A stretch of 64,000 bases of DNA from positions 372,001-436,000 of the forward strand of contig CBFFRP010000281.1 of assembly GCA_965644295.1 (NCBI GenBank), read 5' to 3'. Below are positions 39,400 to 52,465 of this stretch, piece after piece. Position numbers and translations under genes: made by a program. Within the stretch, counting starts at the first letter, position 1. Each line of letters opens with the position of its first letter. Under the pieces are notes generated by a model. The model made no database searches. It was given only the letters and a program-made list of their open reading frames with translations, and had not been told where the DNA came from. This DNA comes from Paraphysomonas bandaiensis (Eukaryota; Protista; Chrysophyceae).

Positions 39400-40760
39400 T
39401 TTCTTTGTACGGTAGATGGTAGATTACGTTTCTTTCCACTTGGCCTTAAGCTTCAAGACTTTGGTCTGCTCGATCCATCATAGCGTATATGTAATGCTCA
39501 ATACCCTTCTAGTTTTAAGATATGTAGAAGTAGTATGGCACTCATATTCTCACCAATCCTACCCTACAGGTTGAAGTTCACTACAAACTGGTATGCTCAT
39601 GGTATTATCAGGGATTTTTACCGTTTTATGCAGTCGAAATCCTGGATATTGAGGTATTTCGAGTTTTGGTCATGTAAAATCATACTATTATATCATCATA
39701 ATAATTTACAATAGTGTGTCTGACAACTTAACACCAGAGTCAATTTCAAGGGTGTTTCTACTCTCGAGAACTTTGATGATGGCCCTCAGAAATGGGAATG
39801 CAGAGAATATGTCAAAAATCGTATCAGTGACAGAGATAAGCAGGATGGTCCACTGGGCTCAGCATGCAAAGCAGCACGAAGGCTGTGATGATGTCAAGAA
39901 AGGCAGCTTTACGTTGAGGTGATCCCATGGATTCTTATGTTGAGAGAAAAGTTTCTCCTTCCCCTCTTATTGCGTTCAGATGGTTGAAGTGGATAATTAT
40001 GGAATATCATCCATTTTCTTTTGTGGAGAACGCGTTCTGTTGTAGTGATTGACGAGAAAGAATACCAATCTGAAGCCAATATCAAGAAGCACAATTATGA
40101 AATATCTGTATGCTTTGGTTGGAGGACACTTTCACTCGACCTTGGACAACACTGATGAAGAAGAAAAAGGAGATGATGGTGTGGACTCACTGATGAGAAT
40201 ACACCAAGCACACAAAGAACAAAAGCGACTATACGCACGACTAAGTTCATGTAGTCGAGATGAAAATTTAGATTTTCCTTATGCCAAGCGTTCTCCGACA
40301 TGTTTTTGACTATACGTTTGGCCTCCTCTTCGCTGATATCATGTTTCTCTGCCAGGCGCGATGTTGTCATAATCTCGGGTTCATTGAGGTGATCCACATA
40401 CACCGCCATCCACAGGTTAGATAATATATCTAATACCCTCTCTCACGCATATGCTCCTCTCGTTCCTTCATAAGATAGAGTGTGGCTTGTGCACGCCTGA
40501 TACTCATGCCGTAACGCATATAGCAAGTATTTTGCTGGTGCTTTTTAAACATTTCAAGGCGTTTCCCCTCAGTCACATATGTGTTCGCCACATACTTTGA
40601 CTCAATAGGGGAGTTATCTGCTTCAACCAGCCAATCAGGCTCCTCGGATGAAAAATTAGAAAACTTGCTATCTGAATGTGAGGGACGCCGCGACTATCGC
40701 CGCATGCAGCCCCAGAGACTCGACCAGCTGCCCTCACTGAGCTACTCAATACACGGATCA
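39400..40760 (+). pseudogene. Decayed intron-containing gene or transposon-derived remnant, family not recognised
   Basis: Several coding-like fragments (39716-39922, 40049-40309, 40581-40763) with splice-like junctions, but interrupted by stops. Confidence 0.3.
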
Positions 40761-41199
40761 TAATGCCAACAGAGTGCTATGATTACTAAACCTAAATATA
40801 CTAAGTGAGAGGGGGGTGCACAGACACAACATCATCAACTGAGTGTACAGTGGAGAACTTCCAAAAATGCAACATCCGCACCGGATTATTGGGTTTTGTT
40901 CCACCCTTTGTTCCGGTGGATGTTCCGGAACAAAATTTGTTGAGACGAAAAAATCGTCTCTGCAAACTGATCCGATCGGATCAAATTGCTCCCCCCTTTA
41001 CAAGAGCCCTTGTGTGCTATGCATACATAAGTGAAGTGTTAACATGGCTATATATACCGCTCCATGATGGTTGCACTGCATGCTGCTGCACATAAGAGAC
41101 ACTTGTTGATGAAGCTATTGATGCTGGAACGCGTCAGATTGATGCTTAGAGGGCGAAATTATATCACAAAGGATTGTTTTTAGTGAAGCCTAGCCAATC

Positions 41200-41750
41200 T
41201 CCATGGATTAAGAGAAGTTGCTATATGTGTTTTCCCGCCATTTCCATCGCCAATGGCGACCAGGAAAGAAAGGTCTTAAGTCTTGGGCTGTGCATTGGCT
41301 TACTACACGGACACCATGTCAGCGAAAACTATTTGGTATAGTGCCAGCCACTCTTTCCAGGACACTTTTAAACTAGCCGAAGAGGCCCTTGACAGGTCTT
41401 TAAGTGAGGCTAAAATCTGTTGGCCTACGTTGGATCAACAGCGAATTTGGCCCTTTCAAGTTAAACTTGCTAAATCAAAGAAGAATTTTCCAGGGCATGG
41501 GGTAGTTGCTGATTCCGCTTTTCTTGTGAGTGGGGAGTGCTATGGCAGAATAATGACATGCGACGCAAATAACCTCGGCTAGACAGGCTGCTGAATGGGG
41601 TATGGGAGCAGTTGAGAAGGTGTATCGTAGGCTACTTCTAGCTCTGTCGTAATCAAATTCGACGCGGTTTGATGCTACGCAATATATACCGCTTATACTA
41701 CTACCGTGTGAGAACTTGAGGTATATTTCAGATTAGGCAAGTATTTTTTG
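41200..41750 (+). pseudogene. PIF/Harbinger (DDE_Tnp_4) transposase remnant
   Basis: IxWPT, VVADSAF, ITSARQAAEWGMGAVEKVYRRL and RLYYYRVRT*GIFQIRQVF. It has frameshifts and stops and lacks the first catalytic-Asp region. Confidence 0.8.
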
Positions 41751-41821
41751 CGCAATCATAATAATAATACTAATTCTAAGTAGCCATAATTTTAAGAATA
41801 CTAGTTAGTATGAATTGCTTA

Positions 41822-42731
41822 TTAGTTACCATCCGGTAAAAAGTTACTCAGTTTACCACCAGTCAGAGCTGCCAACATCAACATCATGTTACGGTCATCC
41901 CTTCGTTGCTGTTCTTCTCGTTTTGCGCGGTCCTCGCGACGTTGTTCTTCACGCTCCTCTTTTTCAATGCGTCGCAATTGCTCGCGTTCAAGTCGCTCCT
42001 CCCGTCTTCTTTCCTCTCTCTCGATGCGTTCAATCCTTCTCTCTTCCATCTCTGCCTTGTGCAGTTCGATGAGGCGATTGTTAGGATCTCCAGTGGTATC
42101 AATGAAGAAGTCTATTTTTTGGCGTTTAGTACCCAAGAAAGAGGGTGAAGGGGACGAACCACGTGAACTGTAACCACTGTTCATAATTGCGCTTCCACCA
42201 GGTGGTGGAACCGGTTCCACTGCTGTACGTAACAACAACCTAGCCGCCCTTTTTGTAATTAAAACCTCCGCATGGACACTGTCATCATCTTCATCAGACG
42301 ATGAAGAGCTGCCATCAAATTCTTCCACGGACTGGCGTTTTTCGATTTCTCGCTGGGCTCTTTTTGCCCTCACGACTTCTGGTGGGCAAGTAGGATCACC
42401 TTAAATAATTCATTATTTTTATGACATATATTGATTGCAAGCAGCAGTACCTGTGGACTTTTTCTTGTTTCTTAAACCTTTGAACTTATTTCTCAGGGAC
42501 TCCATGTCCCGTGAAAGCTCAAGTGGGAGTTGGCGATTGTACTCCAACGTCAGGTCCTCCCATCCGTCTGAAGTATAATGAATCACATAATGTAGGATGT
42601 TATTGCACATGCTTACCCATGCCCAGAGGCAGTCTCTCTTCTACAAGAGACAGCAGAGTGTCCAATTCCAGGTGGGTGTAGGTCCGCCCTCGTCCCTTCC
42701 TCTTTTCAGGTGTAGAGCTCATCGTAGGCAT
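41822..42731 (-). CDS. Harbinger-associated Myb/SANT-like DNA-binding protein (3 exons, intact)
   Basis: GRTYTHLELDTLLSLVEERLPLG|DGWEDLTLEYN..RDMESLRNKFKGL..KKSTG|DPTCPPEVVRAKR, followed by an E/R-rich coiled-coil tail. Two GT-AG introns of about 50 nt keep the frame. Confidence 0.8.
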
Positions 42732-43249
42732 GCGAGCTTCCAAACTATTGTGGTGAATGCTACACTATACTTTAAGACACTGCTCTGAGTGGCGATGTTC
42801 CGGTGCAAAAATTGATTCATTTTGGATCCACGTTGGAACAAACGCCCGGATTTCAGTCAGTCAGCATCTTATTTTTCGGGAATAAATTGAAGCAAATATA
42901 ATCTACATAATTGCTGTACAACTACGTATGGAATACAGATAATTGTTGTCTCTATATTAGAGGCATCTTTGAACAAAAATATACAAAGGATGCTGATACG
43001 GATGTTCCATTTTTGGAAGTCCTCCAGTGTGTCAACACAGTAGCACAAAGCACTCAAATAGTAGAAAAAAACACAAAAAAGTACTACCTTTTCTAGCACA
43101 GTGAGTATACTGTAATACAGGAACTGTAGTCGTGATTGTGTTGATCTCGTATGTATGATATGAGGCAGTGTGGAGTTAAGTTATTGTTACTTTAAGGGGA
43201 AGCACTGACCATATATTAGCATCCAGGTTCTGATTTATTTGATATTATC

Positions 43250-44139
43250 ATGTTTTTCCTTAAGAAACTTCGACGTGATATTCAACTTGAACCTATACAT
43301 TTTGGACCGAATTTAAAGGAGCATGTAAAGTAGGTGCTTGTTATGGATGCTGTTGTGCAGGTAATTTTATGGGTTTGACAGAGATAGAGTTAGGAGGGAG
43401 CTACTGGGGTCGTCGTTAGGGAAACATGGTTACGTTATTGAGGTACTGTGACTCCATGCGTACTGACTATGCGTCTAAATGATTATTGCATCTCGTGTGC
43501 TCATATGTTTGCAGATAATTGAAATTGCAGATGAAGATATCATATTCGGACTTTTAGGTATGATTTACGTGTATGCTACAAGTGAATAACTTATCTGCCA
43601 GACAATGATTCCGGTGCTGTGAACGTGACGGCATGGTATAGTGCGATTCTTTTGCGACCCTTCCCCAACGAAGTATTAGATGCTGTTGTGGTCAATGCTA
43701 CAGAGGTGTGTTTGTTCCGCACTCCTTGATGGAATTTTCTCACCATATATCGACAGAGTGGATTCTTTGCGAGTGTGGGACCCTTGGTTATATTTGTATC
43801 ACGCCATGTGAGTTGGCTGTGCAAGTTTGTGTGTTTCTGTATGTGTGGGTCATGTAATTCCTACACAGGCGATGACTGAAGACATACGGTATGACTACAC
43901 CAGAGGAGACTGCTGGTGTTCAGACGACCAAGAAGTTGAAATCAGGGAGGGATCTGTGGTTCGGCTTCGTATTATGGGTATCACAGTGGAAGCTGGAGCT
44001 GTGGTAAGCTTCATGTGTATGCCTTTAAATTGCTCCATACCGCCCTTACCATCACACATCATGATTTTCATGCGTCTTTTACACGCAGGGGGCTGTGGGA
44101 ACTATTAAAGATAACTACCTTGGACACTACGAGGAGTAG
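43250..44139 (+). CDS. RPB7: RNA polymerase II subunit RPB7 (multi-exon)
   Basis: MFFLKKL..DIQLEPIHFGP, RPFPNEVLDAVV, GFFASVGPLVIFVSRH, VRLRIMG and AVGTIKDNYLG. Confidence 0.9.
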
Positions 44140-44292
44140 ATTAGTTATAGACGGGTGTTGTATGTGGGTTTCAAATGTGCTGTATTCTATCTCTTTTGCT
44201 ACGTTTCTAATTTAATTGCAAAGTACCAATGCCGTTGTTTGCATTTATTCTGGATATGCTATGTATACCAGGGTCTAGTCGGTAGTTGGATC

Positions 44293-44363
44293 TCCCGATT
44301 AGTCCAGTAGTTATGACATAGCTCTCTCAGAGCTGAGATCCACGTTCAATTCCCGATCGGGAA
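44293..44363 (+). pseudogene. tRNA-Glu(CTC)-derived pseudogene
   Basis: Acceptor stem TCCCGAT/ATCGGGA plus A; anticodon arm TAGCT-CTCTCAG-AGCTG (CTC at 44326-44328); GTTCAATTCC B-box. The D-loop GG is lost and the T-stem is broken. Confidence 0.7.
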
Positions 44364-44371
44364 TAACTTTC

Positions 44372-44533
44372 CTGAAGTCAGTAGATGTCAAATGTCAAGT
44401 ATATTAATATTCTGCTTGCTCATTGCGTTTGCTTTGAGTGATAGAGCGAAAGTGGTTGCACCTTGATGCTTGCGGTGACGCACAAGCAGATTTCGTGGCG
44501 CCAAACAGTAGAATATTAGAGTAATTGCTAGTA
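44372..44533 (+). repeat. Dispersed repeat family A, copy 2
   Basis: Homologous to the reverse complement of about 7830-7986. Confidence 0.8.
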
Positions 44534-44974
44534 ATAAAACATTCATTACAACACGTGAGTTATTAAATCTTAAATTTGTATAATGTGTTTAGTGTTCTAT
44601 TATTGAATAGGCTTGCAAAAGTAAATTTTTAACTACGATCAGGAGTACTTTATTTCAGTGACAGTGGCATGCACAAGTGATAGAGGTGGCTGACATACTG
44701 ACATATACATATTGATATATTGATAAACAATAAACACTGGGATCACGTATGTCTGATATCTTAAGTAATATTACATTTACTTCGAATTCTAAACCAGCAC
44801 CTACCATTCAAAATGCAGTTGACAATATAAGGCATACTCCTATTCAGACAGAAGAAATAAATGATCGTAACTGCACGATGAACGAACACGTAAGTACTTA
44901 GAATAGAACCCGATATGTTCAGACTAGACTATTACATCCCAAACACTAACACCTCATTCTTGGTGAAGCGTCAG

Positions 44975-45853
44975 CTAAGCAGCCCCTCCTTCTAAATCAA
45001 CGGTTTCATTCACGGGTTCTACTGGGTCTTTTTTCGGACTGTTGTTTACGTCTGGCTGAGTTGGAGGGACTGCAACTGAATTCTGTCCAAACGGCGAGCT
45101 TGCTGAGGTCGCATAGTATCCGTTTACAGCACTGCAGAAAATATAAGAAAATCAATTTTCATACTTAAGCAACTTCAACAGTGCAATTCAAATATATATA
45201 AATAAGAAAAAGTATACACACCGTCCAGTAGAGTCTCTATTATCTTTCGGAATGCGATGAAGGAAGCCACATGCAACATTCGCACCTAGAATCCCTTCTC
45301 CACCCCACTCATTCGATGGCATGATGACCACATTCCTGACTTCATCTGTCTCTGAGCTATACACATAGAATTCCAACGGTTTATTTAGATGTTCTTGTAG
45401 CTCATCAAAAAGAGCATCAACATCACGGAAGAATTTTTCTGTTGTCCCAAGAATATAATCAGTACCCTCCTGGAGACCAGCCAAGTCTGCTGGAGAATTG
45501 GGTTCGACTTCCAAGACATGACACACATAATCTTCTGCATTATGATACGTATCAAAACGAATCGTAATACCAAGCATCCCTTCGCCAGCCCAATTACGAC
45601 TTGGTGTTAAAGAAACTTCTCTAGTTGACTGAGATTTCCAGTTATATACTGTTAATGGAAGCATCACATCTTCTGATGCTTTAATGAGATCAATAAATGT
45701 TGTATCCATTGTACGTAACGGAACTCCATTTGCAGCAATAATAAAATCAAAAAAGGATACTAAACCACAATTACTAGCAGGTGAATTAGGTTGGACTCCT
45801 AGTACTCTATAACCCACACTATCCAGCTCCTCTTGACTTGGACTATTACCCAT
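44975..45853 (-). CDS. Golgi reassembly-stacking protein GRASP55/65 (2 exons)
   Basis: MGNSPS myristoylation start; GYRVLGVQPNSPA..FFDFI; HVLEVEPNSPADLAGL; WGGEGILGANVACGFLHRIP. Confidence 0.93.
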
Positions 45854-46514
45854 GATTAATATAAGAGGTAATAGTACCCTGTAATGTATATAAAATAGAT
45901 AATAATAGAGAGAATATGAAGATTAAGGGGTAGAGAGCATGAGATTGAGGGTGATGAAACACTGACCTGCCTGGAGTGTTGTGCGTGTATTGTAAATATA
46001 TACCTACGACACTGCTGTACATGTACAGCAGTACATGTCGTACATATATAGTATATCGTATACATTGTACAGCAGTATTTGTACAGCAGTACATTTGAAT
46101 ATTGTATTTAAAATAGCCCTTGTTTATTTAACGCATATCTTGGATAAAATCGGGATTTTATGTAAAATTAGGGATTATTGAGGGGTTAAAATCTGCAGTA
46201 TTTTACCTATTTTCTATAACAATAAGATACAACTGCGACTTTGTTTTTATACTGCTGTAGTATAGGCTTATAAATAAATCACGTGCATCTGTATTTGTAC
46301 CTATGTATGCGTGCCACAGTATGATGGATACACACAGATACATATATGAGGATACTGTATAAGATATACATGCATACAGTCATATATATAGAAGCAGATG
46401 CGTATGTAACATATGACTCAACACACCCTCATATCACTCTTACATACACTTTCATACAAACCTCATATTTCATTCATTTCCTATACCATCATATAGAGCA
46501 ATAGATCAATCAAC

Positions 46515-49221
46515 ATGTCAAAGATTACCACTGATTCAACGAGTATCCCTATAAAGATGTGGATAGCTTCATTATTAGTTTCATTACCATCATTTTTATT
46601 CGGTTATGTAACAGCAGCTCTTAATTCATGTCTCATAACAGTATGATTGATATCCCGTTATCACTATAGGATTGTAATAGTCTGTTAGGGGGATGCCGAT
46701 AGTGCCAGTAAGTGTTTCAATGATAATGATGACGGATCGCCCAGTTGTCCCCCTGGAACTATATATAATGATGTGAAGTTAACTACAGGTTGAATATTAA
46801 AGATATATTTTTTATTAAATTAATAGTTTTGTAGTGGAAGCAGCTGTTGCAACTTCACTCATGGTTGTCGGCGCTTGGATTGGATGTCTGATGGGTAGTG
46901 CACCTTCTGAGGTATGCGGAATATCATACTCGTGTCTATAAATATAACTACAAGCTAGAAATATGGACGTAGAACGACCATACTGTTAAATAATCTTACT
47001 TTTATTGGGGGAGCAATCATGTGTTCCATTGCGAACAAGTATTTGATATACATTGGCAGATTCCTCGCAGGTAAAACTACTCAAATTATTGAAATCTCAT
47101 TTATAAATTTCTGTCAATATTTTGTGAGTTTCCTTAATTTTGCGTATGCTTATAATCCTTAGGGTTTGGTGTTGGTCTGGAGAGTGTAGTTGTTCCAGTC
47201 CTCTTGTCGGAAATCGCGACTGCTGAAACCAGAGGCACAATTACTACCCTCCATCAGGTGCTGAATTGAATACATTGACTGTGTACGAATATTTAGATGT
47301 TTCCATCTTACAATGTTTCTTATTTTGATCTGTTTATCATGATTCCAATGATATGTTATTTGAACTTCCATATTCTTCTCGATATATTTTATACAACCAT
47401 TCTAAACTTCATGGTTCCAGCTGATGATTACATTTGGAATATTTGTGGCGGGTCTTGTTGGGTATGGATTCGTGGAGTATGTGAACCACGGATGGGTGTA
47501 TGTACAGGTTGGTTGTGTATTGCACACTGTATTGTTGTAACATTCTCATTCATGGCGACGTGTAACACAGGCTGGAATTGCTGTGCCTGCATTAATTATG
47601 ATTTTTGGTATGGGTTTTATTCCGGAATCTCCTAAATGGCTTGTCCAGCACAACAGGTACCTGTGTTATTGAGTATGACACCTACCCGTCTTACGCTTTC
47701 TGGTGCCATTATTATAGAGTTGACGACGCCAAAACCTCTTTGCACATATTGCGACAACCGGAGCATGACATTAACGCAGAGGTTCAGATTATGGTTAACG
47801 AGGGGCGAAGTGGAGGTGACCTTGAGGTATTATTCAGTATATTCGACTCATTTGTGCAGTAATATATCATCGTAGGCTACATGGACAGAAGTATTTTCGT
47901 GCCGGACGGCAATGATAATTGGCTGTGGGCTTATGTTCGGATCGGTACAGTACCTGCTGCGTAGAATTGCTATTGTACACACTCATTCCGTTAGAACAGG
48001 CGATGTCAGGCGTTAACACCGTAATATTCTACTCCTCTACAATATTCGGATTTGCTGGATTTGACGAGGCTATTTTAGCGACTGCTGCAGTCGGAGGTGT
48101 GTTGTGTGCTGAAATACACTGCAACTTCGTTACTACATCGTTCGCTAACAACCACTTTCAGCTGTCAATTTTATTGCAACCGGATTCGCAACGTACCTTG
48201 GTAAGTAAAGTTATCGGAGTGTTTTTTTCTCTAATATGATTTTGCTAGTGGATATCATGGGCAGAAAACAGCTTCTGGAATATGGAACGAATTTGATGTA
48301 AGTTCGTATTTTGCCGAAATACTGAATGATTTGTCTGTGTGTGGTGCTATGCAGGACCGGTTCATTGCTCCTGTTGTCTATAATTTTACTCACTGCCAAC
48401 GGTTCAGAGAAAGTTCAGGTCAGATTTAAACCTGTAAAATAGGGTTTTTGTAATAATGGCATGCAGGGTTTTGTGGCAGTATTTGCAGTTTTGGTTTACG
48501 TTGTTGGGTTTGCTATCGGTCTGGGAGCAGGTTAGTTAATTGTGTGGTCATATGCGTCATGTAGTTTTGATGACATGATAGTATCATGGGTGGTAATGTC
48601 GGAGATTATGTCCACGCGGCTTCGAACAAAGGCATTCGGTCTTTTCGTGTCCATTAACTGGGGCGCCAATCTAATCATTGGACTGCTGACACTTTCGGGT
48701 ATACGTTACTATTGATTTATTCAAACTCCTCAATATATTTGTGCGTTTCAGCTATTGACTTACTTGGCGGAACTACTAGTAATATGGATGACGACGAGGT
48801 GTAGTATTTTTTGTTGTGCCTATGCTTTTAGTATAATATTATGTTTAAGACCGCGGATTCTCGCAAGAAAGGAGTAGCCTACCTCTACATTATTTTGGCT
48901 GGTGTGTATTTCTGATGTGCATTTTGCAATTGGTAATATTCAGCTATATAGGTGTCTGCTTTGGTACAACATTGTTCATTGCGGCCTATGTACCAGAAAC
49001 TAAAGGTTAGTAGGCTTGTGATGATTTCATTGAAATTTGTTCATGCTTCTGTATTGTAGGGAAGCACCCCGAGGATTTCATGGAAGATACAGTTGGTATG
49101 TACGGTGCTGCACTACGAAAAGGAGAGGTATAAAAATAATTATAAATGATCGCTGGTTAATTGCTGCGATTTCATGTAGGGTGACTTGGTGAAGCCACTT
49201 ACTTCTGACGTAGATCCCTAG
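46515..49221 (+). CDS. MFS sugar porter (GLUT-like), about 19 introns
   Basis: YGRR, IGRFLAG, PVLLSEIA...RG, PESPKWL, QAMSGVNTVIFYSSTIF, GRK.LL, WVVMSEI...LRTKA and PETKG. Confidence 0.88.
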
Positions 49222-51002
49222 TTGTGATTTTAGCGGCTGATATTCACCAGAATTGGTGACATACTTGATACTTAAGCATTACTTAGATAATATTCATGTC
49301 TTACTTGATATGCGTCAGTACTGAAATGCATATGTATCATAGTCTACTGCTATAGTATCACTGTTGTACTGAATAGTCGTACGCCTAGTAGTGTACAGTA
49401 AGTAATCTTGCTGATATTGTTAATATGCAAGTCACATTGTAAGAGAGTAAGAATGGATATTGACTTATTTTAGTAACTACTTAACTCTGTATGGGAGGCA
49501 CTGAAATCGAGATATCGATTAAATACTAAGTAGAAGATATAGAAACGGTCATACTGGGATGTTTCGGTTAATCGTCCTGCAGCTAACAGGGCTACGTATC
49601 AATTAATTGTCAATTAATTGACGCAGGTTGTAGTCAATTATAATTGCAATTATTACTTGCTGTCTCCACTAAACTACATTAGCTGTCAATATAGCTACCT
49701 CAACTGTCATTTCATTCCAGAGGTGACGGTTCATGCGTAAAAACACATTGTATGATATGAGACACACATTATTGTGGCCCAAACCCTGAAAGAACTGGAT
49801 TTCACTGCCCTTAACCAACTATACATAATCAGATATGAGTTGTTCAAAGTACTGGTTATGAAGATAGGTCGCTCGCATTAACATCATTATGATCATCCAC
49901 ATCAGTCGAAGAATAGGATACAATTTGGAGTGTTTGATGATCAGCTTTGGATAGATGACTCATGATTGTGGTTTCTTTAGAATAGTGTACTATAATGAAT
50001 TCAACATCATAATTATAATAGAAGTGAGCTTCTGTTGAACCTAATATTGAAGTTGGTAGGTCTATATTGGCCCGGTGCTGATATGAACGCTCTGTTGAGC
50101 CCAAAAGAAATCAGGTAAAAAAAAGCTTTGTTGAGACAAAATGGCGATAATATAGCTATTTGTATCGTGTGTGCTGTAAGAGAAAGTAAGTTTCCTATTC
50201 AATGGAATAAACATTTATTTCTAGTCGTGATGCTCAATGAAAGATACAATTGTATATTTAGAACCTAATTATATAGACTTCACATAAGATATTGAGTATT
50301 GACCATTTTCAGACAATGAGATCGTTTTAAGAGAAGTTTAAGTTTGTCGAACTAGATAGCTTACGTTATTATAATTGTATACACAATTGTGTGTGTTGTC
50401 ATGTAAAACATGTCAACCACATGATAATTTATTTCGTTCATGTCAACCACTGCTCAACTTCCGTGTCTTGTATCGTCATGATATCATACTTCAGCTTCAC
50501 GGTTATAACTATATAGCACCTTTGACTATTGACTACGTATTACTGTTTTTCACATTGTATTTAACGTATTCTACAGTACCATCTAAGAGAACCATACGTA
50601 TTCCGACATAAGAAATAAAGCCTAATATTATAACAGCAAGACATGGTTATAAATTAGGAATTAAAACTAATCACACGTATCTAATATAGTCTGATAATAA
50701 ATTGGTTTTCATTGTATCTAGTTGTAGTCAGGAGTATTTATGAATTAGTGAATCTATACATTTACAACCTCATCAGCATATACCATGACATTGTATTAAT
50801 ATTAATAATGGGTGTTTGGACGCTCGGGATTTTAAGATATTCAAGTCCACTCTAATGACTGCAATCGCAGAAAATATTGCTATAAGCTTTTCGTAATAAG
50901 TACATTCTTAATTTATGCAGTAAAAAAGGTGTTGTGAAACTAATACTGTATTACGTTGGCATTACTTCAGAAATTCACCGCATATCACGTAGTCGAATAA
51001 AT

Positions 51003-51533
51003 CTAAGAGACCTCTGTGTCATGAACTATGCTTTCAATTCGCAACACACATATGGTTCTTCGATATCCACGAAGTTTTTGTGTGTTCTTTCTCCTGCGCT
51101 TCTTGAATATCATTACCTTGGCATCTTTCAGCTGTTCCTCCATTACAGCTCGGACCTTAGCACCAGTGATATATGGCCGCCCGATATACGTTGATGCAGC
51201 TGATCCAACAAGAAGGACTTTGTCAAGCTCAATTGGTTGTCCAATGTCAAAATCCTCTATCTTATTCACAATAATATTATCACCGGGTGTTACTTTATAT
51301 TGTGTACCCGAATATTCGACTACTGCAAACTTAGAGGTATCCCACTCTGATGAAACAGATGGAGAGATACCTTCCTCTGATTCTTTTTTGTTAAGCTGAT
51401 ATGGGTGCTCCACATATGACATTACAGGTTTGTTACCTGTGGAGGCAAGAGTATTGCAATACCGTGTAATGTGTCCCATGAATTGTGTAGGCGACAGCAA
51501 GCGGCCACGAGATAATGCTGCGCGAAAGGCCAT
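51003..51533 (-). CDS. Ribosomal protein bL21, probably mitochondrial (Arg/Ser-rich presequence)
   Basis: FAVVEYSGTQYKV, VLLVG....IGRPYI, KVMIFKKRRRK...GYR. Confidence 0.9.
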   Translation of the reverse strand: MAFRAALSRGRLLSPTQFMGHITRYCNTLASTGNKPVMSYVEHPYQLNKKESEEGISPSVSSEWDTSKFAVVEYSGTQYKVTPGDNIIVNKIEDFDIGQPIELDKVLLVGSAASTYIGRPYITGAKVRAVMEEQLKDAKVMIFKKRRRKNTQKLRGYRRTICVLRIESIVHDTEVS

Positions 51534-51665
51534 AACTCACGTTTACACAAAATTAAAGTGTGTGTACTTCTATTACTGTAAACGTAATTACAGTAATTTA
51601 ATATTATTACATGAACTCAAACACAATTAAAACACTGCACACACACATCTCTTGAGTGGTCGAGC

Positions 51666-52035
51666 CACACACACACACACACATACATACATTCCATACA
51701 TACATACATACATACATACATACATACATACATACATACATACATACATACATACATACATACATACATACATACATACATACATACATACATACATACA
51801 TACATACATACATACATACATACATACATACATACATACATACATACATACATACATACATACATACATACATACATACATACATACATACATACATACA
51901 TACATACATACATACATACATACATACATACATACATACATACATACATACATACATACATACATACATACATACATACATACATACATACATACATACA
52001 TACATACATACATACATACCTACATACATACATAC
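51666..52035 (+). repeat. (CA)n followed by a long perfect (TACA)n microsatellite
   Basis: About 330 bp of TACA units, in a divergent promoter. Confidence 0.98.
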
Positions 52036-52465
52036 AACAGTATATACGGCAGAGCCGTTTTCTGACTGATAACATGATTTCTCCCAATACTTGTGGCTCT
52101 CATAATTACAACTCAGTATACCTTGCTGTATACCGTGGAATACATGTACTTTACCCTACAGTACAATGAATAATGATAAGATTTTGGTTGCTTCGTAGTA
52201 CAGTAGTTCGTAGTGGTATCGTCGCAGTCGTAATGGTGATATTCACCACTTCAAACTTCAAATAACGAGAGCAAATCAGAGGCATTTGTTTGACGATACT
52301 GTAATATTATTTGTCAGATGAAATTGAAGTGGATAATTTTTTATCCTTATATCAAACAAACAATTGCAAACTTGCTGCTATCACATTTAGTTCACACCAC
52401 TCGGACAGCCAGAAGCAAGACAATATCTACAAGCACTACATTAAACCATATATATCACTCATTCG

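Larger units (their letters stand above)
40839..43040. mobile_element. Degenerate PIF/Harbinger DNA transposon (about 2.2 kb)
   Basis: Imperfect TIRs (TGGAGAACTTCCAAAAATGCAACATCCG versus the reverse complement TGGAGGACTTCCAAAAATGGAACATCCG), subterminal TGTTCC repeats, a transposase remnant and a convergent Myb/SANT-like gene. Confidence 0.8.

Noticed and set aside
40830-43050. TAA/TTA target-site duplication for the Harbinger element
   Set aside because: Not visible at my inferred ends; the termini are too decayed to place exactly.
44293-44363. Functional tRNA-Glu
   Set aside because: The T-stem does not pair and the conserved D-loop GG is lost, so it is kept as a pseudogene.
51607-52087. 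ORFs of repeating MYVC/HTYI (also 62874-63357 and 12605-12933)
   Set aside because: They are translations of TACA/TATG microsatellites, which lack stop codons in all frames.
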